A stretch of 64,000 nt of DNA, taken from positions 1 to 64,000 of the forward strand of contig CAZPJY010000001.1 in the NCBI GenBank assembly GCA_964587045.1. Direction: 5' to 3'. This document shows positions 46,801 to 52,100 of the stretch, piece after piece. How positions within the stretch are numbered: position 1 is the first letter of the stretch; the number at the start of each line of letters is the position of its first letter. Under the pieces are notes generated by a model, which was not told the origin of the DNA, ran no database searches, and was given only the letters and a program-made list of their open reading frames with translations. The DNA is from an uncultured Methanosarcinales archaeon. GTDB lineage: Archaea; Nanobdellota; Nanobdellia; Woesearchaeales; CAZPJY01. The position numbers and the translations under genes are program-made.

Positions 46801-49137
46801 GGCATATACCTCGGGAGCAGGTCGGGGACGTACGAAGTCGAGGTCAGGGCGTATGACCTCTCAGGCAGGCAGAGCTCGGCAGCGATCAACGTGACCTACG
46901 ACAATGTGGGACCTGCCTCGATGTACCTGTATCCGCTCGCTGACGCAACCGCGAGGCCGTGGATCACGGTCAGGGGCACCACCGACCCAGACGTCAGGTA
47001 CGTGGTGCTGACAGCGCTGGACACCTTCTCGCAGGCCGTGGATTCAGTGAGGATTGATGGGGTCTCCGGCGAGAATCCGATGATCTCAGCTGCGAGGCTG
47101 GAGGAGATGGCGTATCCTGGATCGGTGCTGCTGCTCGAGGGCGACGTGTGCGCAGGCTTCTCTTCCGGCAGGTTCCTGCAGTTCGCAAACGGCTATGCCC
47201 GCTACCCAATTGAGTCGTGCACATCGTACTGGGACGTAGTCGACAACAACATAGAATACTACTCAAACGTCCGCCTGGCCGAGGCCATCAGCGGCTCGTA
47301 CAGCCCGAGGACAGAAGTGAGCGTCTACGAGTACAGGATGCCTGAAGGTTACTTCGAGGCCAACATCTCCCTGACAGAAGGCTACAACCTGGTAAGGGCT
47401 GAGGCCTTCGACGAGGCAGGAAACTCGGCCGCAGCGTCCGACATAGTGCGCTTCGACCCAGATCTCGGGCTGGACATAGAGATCGTGACACCCCTGGTGT
47501 ACAACAACCACTATTACATAGACTATTCGACCTACGCCGCGAACGGCAACGCTATGGTCATACACGCGCGGACCGCGACGCATCAGGCCTCCTGCACCTT
47601 AACCCACGCTCATGACGAGGTGGCCGGCATGTTCTCCCAGGCCATGTCGAGCGCTGACGGTGTCGACCACTTCTTCATAGTCGACGCCAGCTCGTGCAGG
47701 CCGCAGGGCGATTACTGCATGGTCATGGGGGGAGGGGATGTGGTGTACCACGACTACACCATAACCTGCACTGTGCCAGACATCGGCCTTACTGATTCGG
47801 TGTCCTTGCTGGTGTACGCATACAACAAGATAAGCCCGACCCAGAACGGCCCATTCACATGCGAAGAGGAGGTAAGGGGCCAGTGCGCCTTGGGAGACAT
47901 CCAGGGCACCATAACCTCTGCTATGTCCGGGGCAGCGCTGCAGGGCGCCCTGGTGTCAGCCGGGGGCTCGAGCGCATATTCGGACCCATCAGGCAGCTAT
48001 TCCATCCAGGGGATTCCGTCAGGCTCGCAGACCTTCACGGTGGAAATGGATGGTTACGTGCCGCATTCCAGGGACATCAGCGTGGCCGCAGGCACGGCAA
48101 CGACGCATGACGCCTCGCTCACGCCTGTCGGCGCGGTCAGCGGCTACATCAGGTCGTCCCTGGGCGGACCGATATCAGGGGCCCAGGTCGAGGCAGGCAC
48201 CGGCTATGACATAACCGACTCCCAGGGTCACTACCTCATCGAAAACATCGCGTCGAACGCTAACCTAATAGTGTACGCGAGCGCCGCAGGATTCGCCTCA
48301 GACCAGTTCAATGTTTTCATACCAGAAGGGCAGCTCGTGGCAGGCATCAACCTGAGCCTGCTGCCTCTGGGAAACGTTTCAGGCACTGTGACAAATACTG
48401 AGGGTGTTGGCATCAACGGGGCGACCGTCACCGCTTCCTCAGTCTCCGCCAGGACCGACATCAACGGAGACTTCCTGCTCACCAACATCATGCCTGGGGC
48501 GCACAACGTCCGGGCAGAAGCGAGAGGCTACTGGCCTGAGAGCGTGCTCGCGGTGGTCGCAGCCGGGCAGACCACGGCGAACGTCGACCTCCAGCTGAGC
48601 GAGAGGGGCAAGGGCAACGTGACTGGATACGTAAAAGAGGCCAGCGGAGCGCCCATACCCGGAACCCTGGTCGAGGTGCCGGCAGGAGAAGCCGCTCTGC
48701 CCTTCGCGACATCGGTCGTCGACGGCTACTACATAATACTAGAGGTGTTTGAGGGATCGCAGAGGGTCACCGCGTCACATCTCGGTTACGATACCATCAC
48801 GAGGAGCCTCTATGTGCTGCCTGAGAGGAACAACAGGCTCAACATCACAATGACCCAGCCCGCAGACCTGTACGGCACTGTGATGCTTGTGGGCCAGAGC
48901 ATGCCCTTCAGCGGCATAACTGTGACTCTCGACTCCGGAGCTAGGACAGCAACCGCAGCTTCGGACGGAACATATATATTCACCGAGGTCTCTGCTGGAA
49001 CCCATATTGTGGGCGTGGCAAAGGAGGGCTTCGGCGAGGATGAGGCCACGGTGACGATGCCGGGAGGCGTCGACACCCAGCTCAACTTCATACTCCATAA
49101 TCAGGAGGGATACATAGTGGACAGCGGGTGGAACTAG
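25819..49137 (+). CDS. Giant secreted protein B (7772 aa): signal peptide, Ig-like/FN3 super-repeats, C-terminal carboxypeptidase-regulatory-like domains
   Basis: Uninterrupted ORF. Start placed at the ATGA overlap, which gives the signal peptide MRTTGFMGRAAALLAVLLLALPITA. Ends with TAG at 49135-49137 and has no C-terminal transmembrane helix. Confidence 0.93.
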   Translation: MRTTGFMGRAAALLAVLLLALPITASYLFVERDGIVYTNDPAPTIYIEFIPDYVSGLEGWVYERGNRNRIILRPNQFAPWPAPSRPFNLWYMNYTNPATMLPEGEFTFELRNASSGGNYMDVPYMVFFTVDTVGPPPPSIVHPADGEFITDSEVLVYGTSEPYSNVTVRLYNATVFTPDNLRREVQVASYGTFQPFNTNIYALKEILGPQQIRVSGDLSAYAGLQVEFMTHPAPHYRIESASGYDVVNDETIVNLVTELSGPVRVNDQIRLYTSPYPSGYFEATMPLPLGDSYLTSRATDLLANSSGYSMPVHVVRDLGGPNMTVLSPLSGAVTGDELVQVRIIMTDDTSVALSTLSLTTDFGVFGCSSSEVVCTPSTDAQSITFNFTPTSEWSYDTHTVTFVGADLGGASTQDSWSFEVRSDVPSDPQIIVPGSQLHNGIIYTTDATPEFYINFTRDSDVRLTRLYLNFALEDVLGDSEDLGNDVFRLILPDPVVEHGMGDYEILQMSAQKMLGDFTFGPNGTFSQYFVVDTTNPVIHLDSSYATVTEDFMLQGTFTDNHLDPTGGNITFSFNDVVSGMRTFAAEITSSDEWRVSVDLDPGGSRTVPITAAICDKAGNCGSATSSLVIDTGGPTLTVDDSQAQGWTNSPPLDVLLTATDESAGSGVSYIRVCETSCQDYPYSGPLQMTYSSDRDVTVTATAYDFAGNPSGPVTYNVQIDTTRPVTGVVAEEADLTPYSSGAWADQDIYVMFDAVDSGISVSGINDTRYCIDADNTCVPDASAPAVLVLNDSSLHYVRYRSSDNAGNVEDVRSFNFNIDSISPVLEGYQLTPSDILIPITERNGVYYSGDPRILLTGSVTEAHLESVTVELNGGSSRSATIVGSDYLSQLNLPEGPSTVVVRARDLAGNLDSYTLSFMVDSTPPGMQLVSPRQRVNTTELTMIISTTRDAWCEASYGATVRNMSSSDNTTHSYSLTIPPSSYDVDVICRDVTYGTYSSDTYTFIYDVTPPTLTLDLSNPYYPGSIVALEAGGTITDLLVSADEPVVCSYEGGMDYVIPGDTNNRSYYYGMTRFTDRSFARNHAQDLTIPINDDGTDGTFTYVVNCEDEAGNFRSGVYFPPSITFIVELNELYIYDARPQAAVDSLNVPISFRTNKLATCTEDSSGANAPIGEGTLLHSKTITYSSDGQKDINIQCVATEGPLLSAQDQISFVIDTSPPTGLSISIPGSVDIGGVWNVSGSFTLTMGATDSQTNVSSYTYQLAGVDSRQMTTSLSSVNYSGLADGTYIFTFSASDFFGHESADASFTLLRDSEGPQVDITSPANTSLQDVQDVAITVSASDTVGLHTVWSNDLVVSHQSGSLYAGTFAGADGQHTVTVYANDTAGHMASDSVTFTIDTTPPEPVHLVSPDDGAYLRGNVVLRWQDLSADEASYVAEYSTSNDFSSGVVSHTLGRDATNISIPSLLTGTTYYWRVYAYDEAGNSDSASAEIRSFIYDNVAGPVVIVSPREDAIFNTTSLLVEGFAEPGASVEIVVYDEDLNSDSATVSAQGVVAPTALTTVVATARAGATNIMLDGDMASYSYVQFADLTNYYGIRNSTRMGPFTILTLDKPLEESPRQYDTAFAYATKSFTGFFSSDMPFSEGYSTVYARATDNAGNWGDDEVAGILVDLQPPTVSEPSPSQTLASAGTVSAMLADTGGSGIGRYAMYINGTPVGSTLRGGLLEHRDALGDGSYQVQVFVWDAAGNMGQLGWSFTLDSSLPTATVSVEDAVVDTDYDPDRYYVGSDSATATYVFGSDVVVESATVSSGSLVQSQVSAREYAFELSGLREGSSTLTVRARNDISGSTAIPFQAEIISDTTNPYGLRFTSIPAIANHAAAIPVSGAFTETNPSSATLSGDIDPVALETSSPFTATINLLGSDGVKEVILTVTDVLGHEAQVSRNITLDTTQPDVTVTSADLVEIGGRWFAIDGTMDLLVATEPSTMISIYANGTLVRNAVTDYAGHYSYTLNSLFENYNELYVTATDAAGNTGTSNTVEVYVDNTEPQVTFLSPEEGEVADDMARSVQIDVEDALSGVDPASVRLIITNSQNGATDVTGWLQFSYADGRMTFSPLPFPVSEGENTLTVRLSDMAGVPGGDSITFRVDTQAPAEPMFTLLSNNDVPVAIQDSSLHNLPEDYNIFRFDFEEQVDVSSLSVSRDGSPAGFSYLVASDTNRLELILSGLLSEGEWAVSFNFVATDNGHANSLDLSFTIDRTAPGQVSQTLPANGAFTPSPVTLSWSELGSDEAAYNIEVFRDASLTDRVTGLQSSVGPDTTSISYDRLSDGQVYYWRVYAVDAAGNSQPTAASVRSFTPDSSAGPLVLLYPRTGLETNASEIEAEGFAEPGSQVTLSMGTESDTVTASGIVSPDLTVAVYEPAVPGSNVVRLSGELDAYNGYFLQFDDLHYYHIVGVQVQPSLFTQMILDRPLATGSSPNARLYAAKDFTGFFSTQMALDQGYNNIFVQAVDRAGNPAQASAQNILYDPSAPEAVSWSPQDTLADFSRIELIISDGPLGAYSGISYVEMYLDGTQVTPTRSPRPLGEELVYYRPGDLEDATHEVEVYMGDEAGNYGYYSWSFTLDSSLPTATVSVEDAVVDTDYDPDRYYVGSDSATATYVFGSDVVVESATVSSGSLVQSQVSAREYAFELSGLREGSSTLTVRARNDLPGSSSLPFYADLMVDTLPPDRLRMSSLPGLVNYFSLPVTGTFTEPNPQSVELSGDLDSASASLAPGGFSGQVQLASGDGEKEVTVTVEDVLSHSSTASAHVVLDTQAPPITISTNDVIDVSGDTYGTSDRITVLAQCETNSLLDLTVNSVTTQSDRRCAEGSYTFSNIPLVEGSNEISVDATDAAGNSQESNTLSVYGDSTPPTVGFGNPLDGQVLTSSAVTVSATATDSGSGVEDLRMWFNGIEVTTWPQYSVSGSEITFDVPVALIVPGMVNTVELFAVDSVGNGASSQLTFRYDPDAPSEPVMNLVHLAGTSSLEIERGDYINAISSYNIFRFEFDETVDVTGYTVTLGGSNVAGISTSAASSTDLFEIFLTGAEALSEGNWSVSLNFEANDNHDTNSFTTWFVVDRSPPSAVSLTLDGGATYTNSRQVTVSGSASDSQSAIQTIELSNNGATFTPFPYDEPPGAWTLAGEGLMTVHARFRSLAGLLSNVITSQITVDTTPPPVPKLYSPPAGESCTSQSEYQVIGYVGESDVTVLIMDERGNNYSSQVVTYGSLCSGDLPVTRASGNLVYVSDAVSPFFSAGNYIQFSGHSRDNFERYYITSVNAIPGDDEVVLQTPLEGSVRNGELVRVCDSMYPSGWFNITIGLDATNSIRAVAYDHLGLIGPLTAERILRVDSEPPVASDGSPSGLTGDSSPTISARVVEYPAIGGSGFGTIEMRINGTAVPLLRVGDVISYVPGVLADGLYYVDVYVSDNAGGSDTLSWNFTIDSNVPQINITVDDSTPYPGFEPMRYYIDLTNASVMTTFSEESRVTEIGIVGLSMTYDVPGTGSEIRTDITGLSEGPNTFTVTAEKLLSGVAFGPPGDAQAQIWVDTMAPRDVAFSLSPTQVNSRYMVPLQGSFSEENVLRVELDGDVENGPVTALNGASLFSGTVNLTSGDGLKTVNAVVIDMVGHRTTASTQINLDTNMPNATIVAVGAVDVSGQLYTASRSVEIGVTSDPLASLELIVDGVTRSSGASDASGQYMFTFYTEEGPHVIQVNATDSAGNTGESNTVYLQVDLTGPRIEFVSPDDGQVVISPNTTLRMHVSDADAGPLPQSISLLVNSVEVAGGAGYNYSDGTVTFRPEPYPVAEGFNTVELSMTDVLGNPSSGSIEYRVDPNAPELPILFLTSADLGQVGVARGSYLATPSEYDIFRFIFSEEVTLTGESILLDGSPSAHTSWSTTNTLQSDLVIGSGLSEGNWSVSLDFEASDNAQSSSYTTWFVVDRTPPGVVSLASPASGSIHNGNVMLAWEDLGEDEVGYKVELSTEPEFASLMTGSPHELEDGVTSLGIPASQFTSGRTYYWRVYAHDLAGNEDAYSATVWSFTFDDTIAPVLIISPPANTFTNDSAAQVEGFADPLSAMEIVLTSSQVTTAESSAEGFVAPMGTAAVLETARSGESAVRIAGDVSAYQFVQFSDRNYYEIVAAPIFGPYTEITLEKPLDETAAAGSEARFYTSRMFTGFFSEPMTLGEGSNTVFAMSTDAAGNTAHDEVLNVMLDTSGPQITDMSPTATLARVSSVSALVSDDSSGVAAATMYVNGEQVAATLRSGLVEYRSSLADGSYSVLLVVRDLAGNYNTATWGFTVDSDLPGATITVDDSIEMPDYSPDRYYINSSSPTVNVEFDADVVVESVGVAGGTLTETQMSAGNYVYEVSGLSEGQHLFSMTARKDIDGSSAAPFSANIVVDISAPDTLVLSLTPLTADSEVEITGSFRETNFDRMTITGDITTSDVHLEGNRFAGTVTLSPGDGPKTVRLDVYDLVGHRSHMESTTVADTQAPSLTAEVLGVVGVGGRDYVADSRVDVGVVCESGLVLTLMGGDRVRSGVCSGGSFVFAGVGIAEEFNELWVESVDLAGNVGVSNHVVVYGDVTGPSVVFVRPLDGDVVTDPEGVIEVAVGDGGAGVDGASVRLVVNDWDVTGWPGYTYTSGIISFSPAPFPVQNHSNEVVVYVEDQLGNPAEQRMIFIVDQDAPARPSITLTDPTLPPIALSDGSHLSIESSYNVFELSFAEAVNVTGYSLRLGGVDVTDVRASPTQAITDFSLGMLGAEPLEEGGWELTVNFVAVDNAHTNSITIGFNVDRTAPSTVAQQSPQDSSILGGDIEFSWDHLGDDEEYYILEISTDQSFSGLVYETRVASEVSSVGVSDREFVQGQAYYWRVYAGDGAGNEEPDTADQRSFTYDAAAGPVIIYRPITGYDTNESAIAVEGFAEPYSHIDLAAVDYLGTYNDTTTASASAPGAPDATLQIVDSALSGSEIVNLDGDLRAYEGQYLQFSNPREYYIITGVNYIPLQYSEVELDRPLTSSFSGSAYLYSAKTFAGYYSASLTLTDGSNRILARATDRAGNWASASAGDITYDTSPPSISEETPKYTTGETSLRVSALLSEDGSGLSYAAMDLDGVPMAVTLASSGGDTLAYYQARNLGDGTHHASITAWDRAGNSASSSWEFVVDTQFPTATITVQGAVVREAYDPDRHYLESSTPSIRVSFDSGVVVDSAGMSGGTLTQYQVSSSVYTYNSSELTEGIHRFTIRARKDLPGSSPIPFYADVIIDNSAPSNLAITTLPSPVQDPVGVPLAGSFTETNFEGLTVGGDISGYDVGTSANRFSGDVDLEAADGMKAVVVTVSDILGHNSSVEGEVEVDSEEPQLTAEVLGVVGVGGRDYVADSRVDVGVVCESGLVLTLMGGDRVRSGVCSGGSFVFAGVGIAEEFNELWVESVDLAGNVGVSNHVVVYGDVTGPSVVFVRPLDGDVVTDPEGVIEVAVGDGGAGVDGASVRLVVNDWDVTGWPGYTYTSGVISFDPEPFPVREGPNSVTLYSSDLLGNPGRGSISFVVDTLAPNAPALSLSHDAGTFPPLELSTLMTADAAYNQLSFEFDELVNITGYSVEYGGVEYTNIRTSATSSVDVFNIGLLGTDPLSEGEWEVSVNFVAVDNAHANSYSASFTVDRTPPVAGSLLLNGGDEYSTTSGLQVQGSASDAVTSVEVIELSNDGRRFTPFAYTDQPILWDVAGEGFHRVYARFSDMGGLLSATINSSITVDTIGPAAPVIYSPPAGESWTSLSSYNVIGYVGESDVDIVLFDESGQNLSVQHVAYDSVCSGTINIATASGTTILVPDAAVPYFMEDSFVEFSGHKRANFERYMITSVRSMPGYDEVTLEEPLEGVVRSNEGVVICDTRYPAGWFNISVPLVDRTSIRAVAYDRLGIEGGVSDARVLVRDVTAPTLTYLQPAADTVTAQAVPSVILRVSDTQSGVADAQLTVDSVGYSCGDLRCTSLGQTMEIEFNAVSLLGSALGYGTHSFDLTVTDAAGNPLNFSWSLEISSNVTHEPTLHVLGGTAHEGVWYVDNMDPAITAAYEDDAPSLVHLEHAGLGFEGMGLDTDQPVNYARADNITFGIILQTPALQEDATYQLNLVSYKDVTTGESARGYHYFPMRFDTIGPFVNFSSSPLPSTLTTSDVSVSGWCRDYNMDYIELTGDVSPTVTLCGSNGRWAASVDLVGIEQGARTITVTAYDMVGHTSSATSTILFDFQPPTVQVAAISDDNDTTEDAIDDDGLVYLTGLNNSGGAQWCIINWGDGSPSPEFAASVTSRMHSYAEGTWTASYSCRDAAGNWAVPVTKTIDVDMNGPSITISSVVPATTNRFANATIILDETPATMSVSVIAADDSCDRTSMQGTTYRYACDVSNVSMEGTLTLRVMAADAHGHQTTAQRQVGVDTLPPTISVPDTEFVTADTTQRVSIQTNENAHCRWSTDQESYWAMLEQFTTGEGTRNHATDLALEPGLTTYYFACADAYGNANSAGQLASLTVDFRNEPPSLDNITISPIAYSDLVAYYTDTMDITVSGTSDVGAQIRLLVDGTLRPGSITVAEPEYLNVPVSLAGFGAADPSLVEGSTIRFTSGMDLDVVLVGGAENYTLPNRNSIEVDFPTPGTYTFGLTVPPATAVLDTLTVTVYQADTRFSYDASVSEGRHFIMVRATDEWGHTTDSDLYQLYVDTLDPVITLQSPISITGDTSPDIVLTLSDAVSGLDMGWTSLTVIANETYECTNVDLGSNACTPASAEVIWDGEELTFTTGDQLTFQDTGEVSLIAAATDNVGHAASEQFSFAVDTSAPTVQSISISEAFDRGSVWYSRSAQPLATIGFDSPVVVEGASMGGAANTSESGLLTRLVWPYRALAEGEYSLAVNASRIGGGTMGSWTWSFVVDLNDPQVDISPDVPTLVGGSQLEVYGSCYDANMDRIEIETPSNSFVADCEQGTYNASGIYLGSRSGTYEVEVRAYDLSGRQSSAAINVTYDNVGPASMYLYPLADATARPWITVRGTTDPDVRYVVLTALDTFSQAVDSVRIDGVSGENPMISAARLEEMAYPGSVLLLEGDVCAGFSSGRFLQFANGYARYPIESCTSYWDVVDNNIEYYSNVRLAEAISGSYSPRTEVSVYEYRMPEGYFEANISLTEGYNLVRAEAFDEAGNSAAASDIVRFDPDLGLDIEIVTPLVYNNHYYIDYSTYAANGNAMVIHARTATHQASCTLTHAHDEVAGMFSQAMSSADGVDHFFIVDASSCRPQGDYCMVMGGGDVVYHDYTITCTVPDIGLTDSVSLLVYAYNKISPTQNGPFTCEEEVRGQCALGDIQGTITSAMSGAALQGALVSAGGSSAYSDPSGSYSIQGIPSGSQTFTVEMDGYVPHSRDISVAAGTATTHDASLTPVGAVSGYIRSSLGGPISGAQVEAGTGYDITDSQGHYLIENIASNANLIVYASAAGFASDQFNVFIPEGQLVAGINLSLLPLGNVSGTVTNTEGVGINGATVTASSVSARTDINGDFLLTNIMPGAHNVRAEARGYWPESVLAVVAAGQTTANVDLQLSERGKGNVTGYVKEASGAPIPGTLVEVPAGEAALPFATSVVDGYYIILEVFEGSQRVTASHLGYDTITRSLYVLPERNNRLNITMTQPADLYGTVMLVGQSMPFSGITVTLDSGARTATAASDGTYIFTEVSAGTHIVGVAKEGFGEDEATVTMPGGVDTQLNFILHNQEGYIVDSGWN
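31069..31338 (+). repeat. 270-bp identical direct repeat, copy 1 (copy 2 at 33655-33924)
   Basis: WSFTLDSSLPTATVSVEDAVV...TLTVRARND is encoded twice with the same DNA. Offset 2586 nt. Confidence 0.92.
33655..33924 (+). repeat. 270-bp identical direct repeat, copy 2
   Basis: Matches 31069-31338. Confidence 0.92.
39394..39836 (+). repeat. 443-bp identical, G+T-rich in-frame direct repeat, copy 1 (copy 2 at 41980-42422)
   Basis: The same sequence occurs twice at offset 2586. A hand count over 39401-39800 gives about 43 A and 37 C per 400 nt, so about 80% G+T. Confidence 0.95.
41980..42422 (+). repeat. 443-bp G+T-rich direct repeat, copy 2
   Basis: Matches 39394-39836. Confidence 0.95.
47890..49100 (+). 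other. Five tandem carboxypeptidase-regulatory-like domains at the C-terminus of protein B
   Basis: Repeated G[DAN][IV]xG[TY][IV]...GxP[IL]xGA.V...DxxGxY.I..I..G...V...GY pattern. Confidence 0.8.
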
Positions 49138-52100
49138 ATGATAGCGACTAGGACGCGGAACGCGTACATCTTCGCCCTGTTAGTGGTACTACTGGCTGTC
49201 AGCGCGTACGGCTTCGACGACTGCGCCAGGTACGGCAACCACGTGTACTGCGACTTCATAAGGGTAATCAGCCAGCCCACCCCGATACCATTCATAGAGT
49301 TCGCTGACGACAAGTTCACGCCTCTCGATCCTGAGATACTGCGCGCTAACGGCCAGCCGGCAGTTCCGCTGAGCGATATTTCGATCGATACGGCAGACAA
49401 CGTTACGTGGGTATTCCCGCACACGAGGGTCCTGCCTACAGGCCTCTACTACTTCGAGCTCGAGGACGTGTACAATCCGATCGCACCCATCATGTTCGCT
49501 GAGCCGTACCAGCTGTACGTGGTCGTGGACGTGACGCGCCCGAGACCGCCTGCGGCCACCTTCTCGCCGTCCTTTGAAAGCGAAGGGATAGTGTATGTCA
49601 GCCAGAACCCTGTCGAATTCACGCTCACCGCGGAGACGCAGTCAGATGTCCTCGCTTCTGTAGGAGGGTTTGAGCAGCAGCACCTGACTATGGGGGGCGT
49701 CTACGACCCGCTCTCTGATTCGGCGGTGACCAACGCACAGATGAGCCTCGGGCTGACCGAAGGCATATCGAACGTCGTCACGTTTGACGTAACGGACATG
49801 ATAGGGAACGCAAACTCCGCCACCTACTATGTCTATGTTGACGACGAGCCTCCAAGGGTCACTGGCGCCTTCCCCGGGGCCAACGACACCATAGCAGAGC
49901 AGGACGCAGGCGTGAGGTTCACCCTCACCGACGAGGGGTCGGGCGTCGACAGGGACAGCGTCTCGTTCACCCTGAACGGCGCCACCATTGGCTGCGGCGG
50001 GCGCATAGGATCATCGGCGCTGGCGTGCAACGGCGATTCCCAGTCGCTTACGGTCACGCTGTCGGGCACCCTGGATTTCGGCGACTACACTGTAGGGGTC
50101 AGCGCCAGCGACAGGGCTGGCAACCCCATGGTATCCGTCTGGTCCTTCAGGCTGATGACAGAGGTGGCCGGCGAGCCGGACATGACCTTCCTGGACTACG
50201 CGGCTGAGTACGACGGCATATACTACACCAACGCGACCAGCCCCGTAATAACGCTGACCTACACCGGAGAGGAGAACGTCAACATAACCGACCTCTTCTT
50301 GTCCTACAACCCGCAGAGCATGCTCGACCTGTACCGCGTAAGCCCGATATCGTTCAGGATGGAGTTCTTCGGCAACCTCGAACCCGGGCCTGAGATATTC
50401 AGGATACACTCGGTCAAGGAGCTCGCGCCAGGTGACTGGAGCGCCGAGCTGGGGAGGCATTCCAAATACATAGTAGTGGATCCGGACCCTCCGGTAGTCA
50501 TCGTAGATGAGGAGATAAGCGCGAACCGCTTCAACCCCAGGATTTCCGGCACGGTCGAGGATGACAACCTGGACTCGAGCGGCGGAAGCGTTGACATCTG
50601 GTGGTTCGACCCGCTGTACAACGGTTGGCAGACCGTCCCGGCGAGCGTCTCGTCAGGCTCGTTCTCCGCTACAGTATCCTTGCTGGAGGGCGGCGAGCGC
50701 GATGTCGACAGCTACCTGGTGGCCTGCGACAAGGCTGGCAACTGCGTCCAGAAGAACTTCACGATAAGCTACGACGCGACTCCCCCGACCGTCAGCCACA
50801 ACTACACGCAAAGCGGCATCTGGCAGAGGTCGCATCAGTCCGTGCTCGTCTCTGCAGACGACGGCTCCGGCAGCGGGATCGCCGAGATAAGGGGTTGTGA
50901 AGGCATCGGTTGCTCTCCTGCCTACCTGACCGGCATGGACAGCTATTTCATGCAGTTCCTCGACGACCAGAGCACACTGGTCAGGATACAGTCTGTGGAC
51001 AACGCAGGCACCTCGTCATTCATCCAGCAGTTCACGGTGCTCCTGGACTCGCAGGCGCCTGCCACGAGCACCAACCTGCTGAACAACTCATGGGCGACCA
51101 TGCCGACAGCAGTCGAGCTGCAGGCCGCGGACCCCACGGCAGGCGACGGCTCGAGCAGCGGGCTGCAGGCCACGTACTACTGCATCGGTGAGGGCTGCGA
51201 CATCACCACGAGGTACAACGGCCAGTTCGCGCTGATAGGCGAAGGCAGGAAGGTGGTAAGGTACTATTCGGTGGACGTCGCGGGCAATGCCGAGCAGGCC
51301 AGGGCGACGATTCTGAACATCGACTCGACACCGCCGACGATATCCATATCATCAGTCACCACAGTAGACCCTCAGAGGACCATCGTCCTTGAGGGCACGC
51401 ACTACCTGACAGGCTCCACGCAAGTCAGGATATCAGGCAGCTATGAAGAGGAAAACGTGGCTTACGTGTGCTTGGCGTCAGACTGCGAGGACACATCGAT
51501 AGTGCCTGAAGGCGGGCATTGGGAGCTGGTCACCAGCCTGGACTTCGGGAGCAACACCTTGAGTGTCATGATCGCGGACATGGCAGGGAACACTGACACT
51601 TCGAGCGTCGAGGTCATCGTCGACGACCAGCCGCCTGCCGTTACCCTCGAGGAGCCTGTGACGGGCTTCACGTCGGCATTTGTCCAGGAGCTGAGGGTGA
51701 ACACGACAGAGTGGGCGACCTGCGTGATAGACCCTGGCTTCTACATGCCCAGCCAGGACATGTCCGCGGACGCGACATCGACGCACCATTCCTTCGTGTA
51801 CAATAACCTCGCGACCAACCAGTACTACACCATCACCTGCACCGACCGCTTCGGCAATACGGGGCGCCTGGAAGGCTCGCTCATGGTGGACAGGAGGCCG
51901 CCCGTCATATCACTCGCGGTTTTCCCGAACCCCATGACCAGCCTGCCGGCCATAGTGAACGTGACGGTCATGGCCATCGAGGAGTACACCTACAACCAGG
52001 AGGTCGTGCGGTGCGACTACACCTTCACCAACCTCGACGAGCAGGAGGCGGGCGTTTCCTTCAGCGCGAGCGACCCGGGCTTCATAACGGGAAGGCACGT

